A DNA stretch of 54,866 nucleotides from a virus. Taxonomy: Duplodnaviria; Caudoviricetes. Shown in pieces: positions 53,883-54,866 of this stretch. The stretch lies in the IMG/VR virus record IMGVR_UViG_3300013093_000004, positions 1-54,866 of that record; one strand, given 5' to 3'. Both the position numbers and the translations under genes were made by a program. The stretch's first letter is position 1, and each line of letters begins with the position of its first letter. Under the pieces are notes generated by a model, which did no database searches, was not told the DNA's origin, and saw only the letters and a list, made by a program, of their open reading frames with translations.

Positions 53883-54370
53883 TGGCGGAATCGATGATCG
53901 CATCGCGCGAAAGTCCGCAGCGATTGGAAAGTTCAGCGCGCACGCCGGGGTTTCTGATCCGGCTGATGCAGCACCATCCGTTGCCGGCACGCACGCGGCT
54001 GGGGCCAGAAGATGGCGCGGCATACCAATTCGCCCAAGATCTTCGCGCGGCGACGATGGAGCGGCGGCTGCGCGCGGTGTGGACGCACCCGGCGAACGAG
54101 CTGGCGGGATTGCCCAAGGATACGCCGCGGCGGTTTTTGCTGCGCGCGGCGATTGCGCGGGCGTTGGGCCTGATCACCGGCACGAGCGATTACCTGTTCC
54201 TGTGGGACGCCGGATCGATGGTGATCGAGTTCAAGAGCGACACCGGCCGGCTGACAGCGGAACAGCGCGATTTTCGCGATTGGTGCGCGGCGGCGGGTGT
54301 GCCGTTTCATGTGGTGCGCAGCAGCGGCGAAGGATTGGCCCTGCTGCGCGCGGCTGGGGTGCTGTCATGA
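53879..54370 (+). CDS. VRR-NUC (PD-(D/E)xK) nuclease
   Basis: WTHPANE, GTSDYLF, IEFKSDTGRLTAEQ, VVRS. Confidence 0.85.
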   Translation: MMAESMIASRESPQRLESSARTPGFLIRLMQHHPLPARTRLGPEDGAAYQFAQDLRAATMERRLRAVWTHPANELAGLPKDTPRRFLLRAAIARALGLITGTSDYLFLWDAGSMVIEFKSDTGRLTAEQRDFRDWCAAAGVPFHVVRSSGEGLALLRAAGVLS

Positions 54371-54672
54371 TGTGGGCGGCATTGGCCGATGCGGCGATCT
54401 GTTCGGGGAGCCTGGGCACCGGCTGGGCGCTGGCGCGGTATTTCAACGCCGCGCGGGTCCAGGTGGTGCCGGTGCCGATGGATCATGTGAGCGATGCGGT
54501 GCGGTTTCTGGGCGACCGGGTCGACGATGTGGTGCGCCACATGCGGATGACCGGCGGAACGATCGAAATGAGCACCAGCGGCCATGTGACGCACAAGGGC
54601 ATCATCGTCATTTTTGCCCTGCGCACGCTGCCGATCGCCATGGCAGGCCCTGAAAAGGACAATCGGCGGTGA
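54367..54672 (+). CDS. Hypothetical protein
   Basis: ATGA overlap. Confidence 0.5.
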   Translation: MMWAALADAAICSGSLGTGWALARYFNAARVQVVPVPMDHVSDAVRFLGDRVDDVVRHMRMTGGTIEMSTSGHVTHKGIIVIFALRTLPIAMAGPEKDNRR

Positions 54673-54866
54673 GCGCCCGGGCGGAATTGCGCGCGCGGCG
54701 CGTGTTGCGGGCGATGCAGGCCGAAATGCACCGCCAGGTGAGAGAAGGCACGCTGATCAGCGCCAGCACGGTCGATCATGACGGCCGCATGGTGATCGAG
54801 GGCAAGGTCGACATGGCCATGCTGGCGCTGGTGACCGAGCGCGTGCTGTTGCAGGAAATCTATCAC
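54669..54866 (+). CDS. Hypothetical protein spanning the circular junction (stop TGA at 139-141)
   Basis: GTG at 54669 reads through the terminal overlap to a stop overlapping ATG 138. Confidence 0.6.
   Translation, partial: MSARAELRARRVLRAMQAEMHRQVREGTLISASTVDHDGRMVIEGKVDMAMLALVTERVLLQEIYH
54744..54866. repeat. Terminal direct repeat, copy 2
   Basis: Identical to 1-123. Confidence 0.97.

Noticed and set aside
54744-54866. 123-bp repeat as a biological terminal repeat
   Set aside because: It falls inside an ORF far from the terminase, and the HNH-terS-terL layout suggests cos packaging, so it is best explained as assembly overlap

Overview
This window appears to be a complete, circularly assembled temperate siphophage of about 54.7 kb. 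Bases 1-123 are repeated exactly at 54744-54866, and an ORF reads through that junction. The high GC and the gene content suggest an alphaproteobacterial host, possibly Sphingomonadaceae (inference). Gene order is: DGQHR/ParB-like and Gp88-like genes, replication initiator with internal iterons, NusG-like antiterminator, HNH, terminase, HK97-type head, tail (frameshifted chaperone, tape measure, DUF2460/DUF2163/NlpC/tip), and two paralogous receptor-binding proteins interleaved with a lysis module (GH19 lysin, holins, phospholipase D, spanins). These are followed by a PemK-like toxin moron, attP (3' half of tRNA-Val GAC) with integrase, and a long leftward early operon (DUF1643, N6-adenine MTase, DndC-like PAPS-reductase-family protein, ACP-like protein, HD hydrolase, DUF5131, LuxR). 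The window ends with a lambda-like cI/cro switch with five TTACG-N5-CGTAA operators and a rightward early operon. The strongest candidates for something new are: (1) a repeated multi-hairpin RNA leader in front of the major capsid and major tail genes; (2) a lone DndC-like gene coupled to an MTase among other nucleotide/SAM-type enzymes; (3) an acyl-carrier-protein homologue lacking its attachment serine; (4) a phospholipase D inside the lysis cassette. All family assignments come from motif recognition by eye; no database searches were run.
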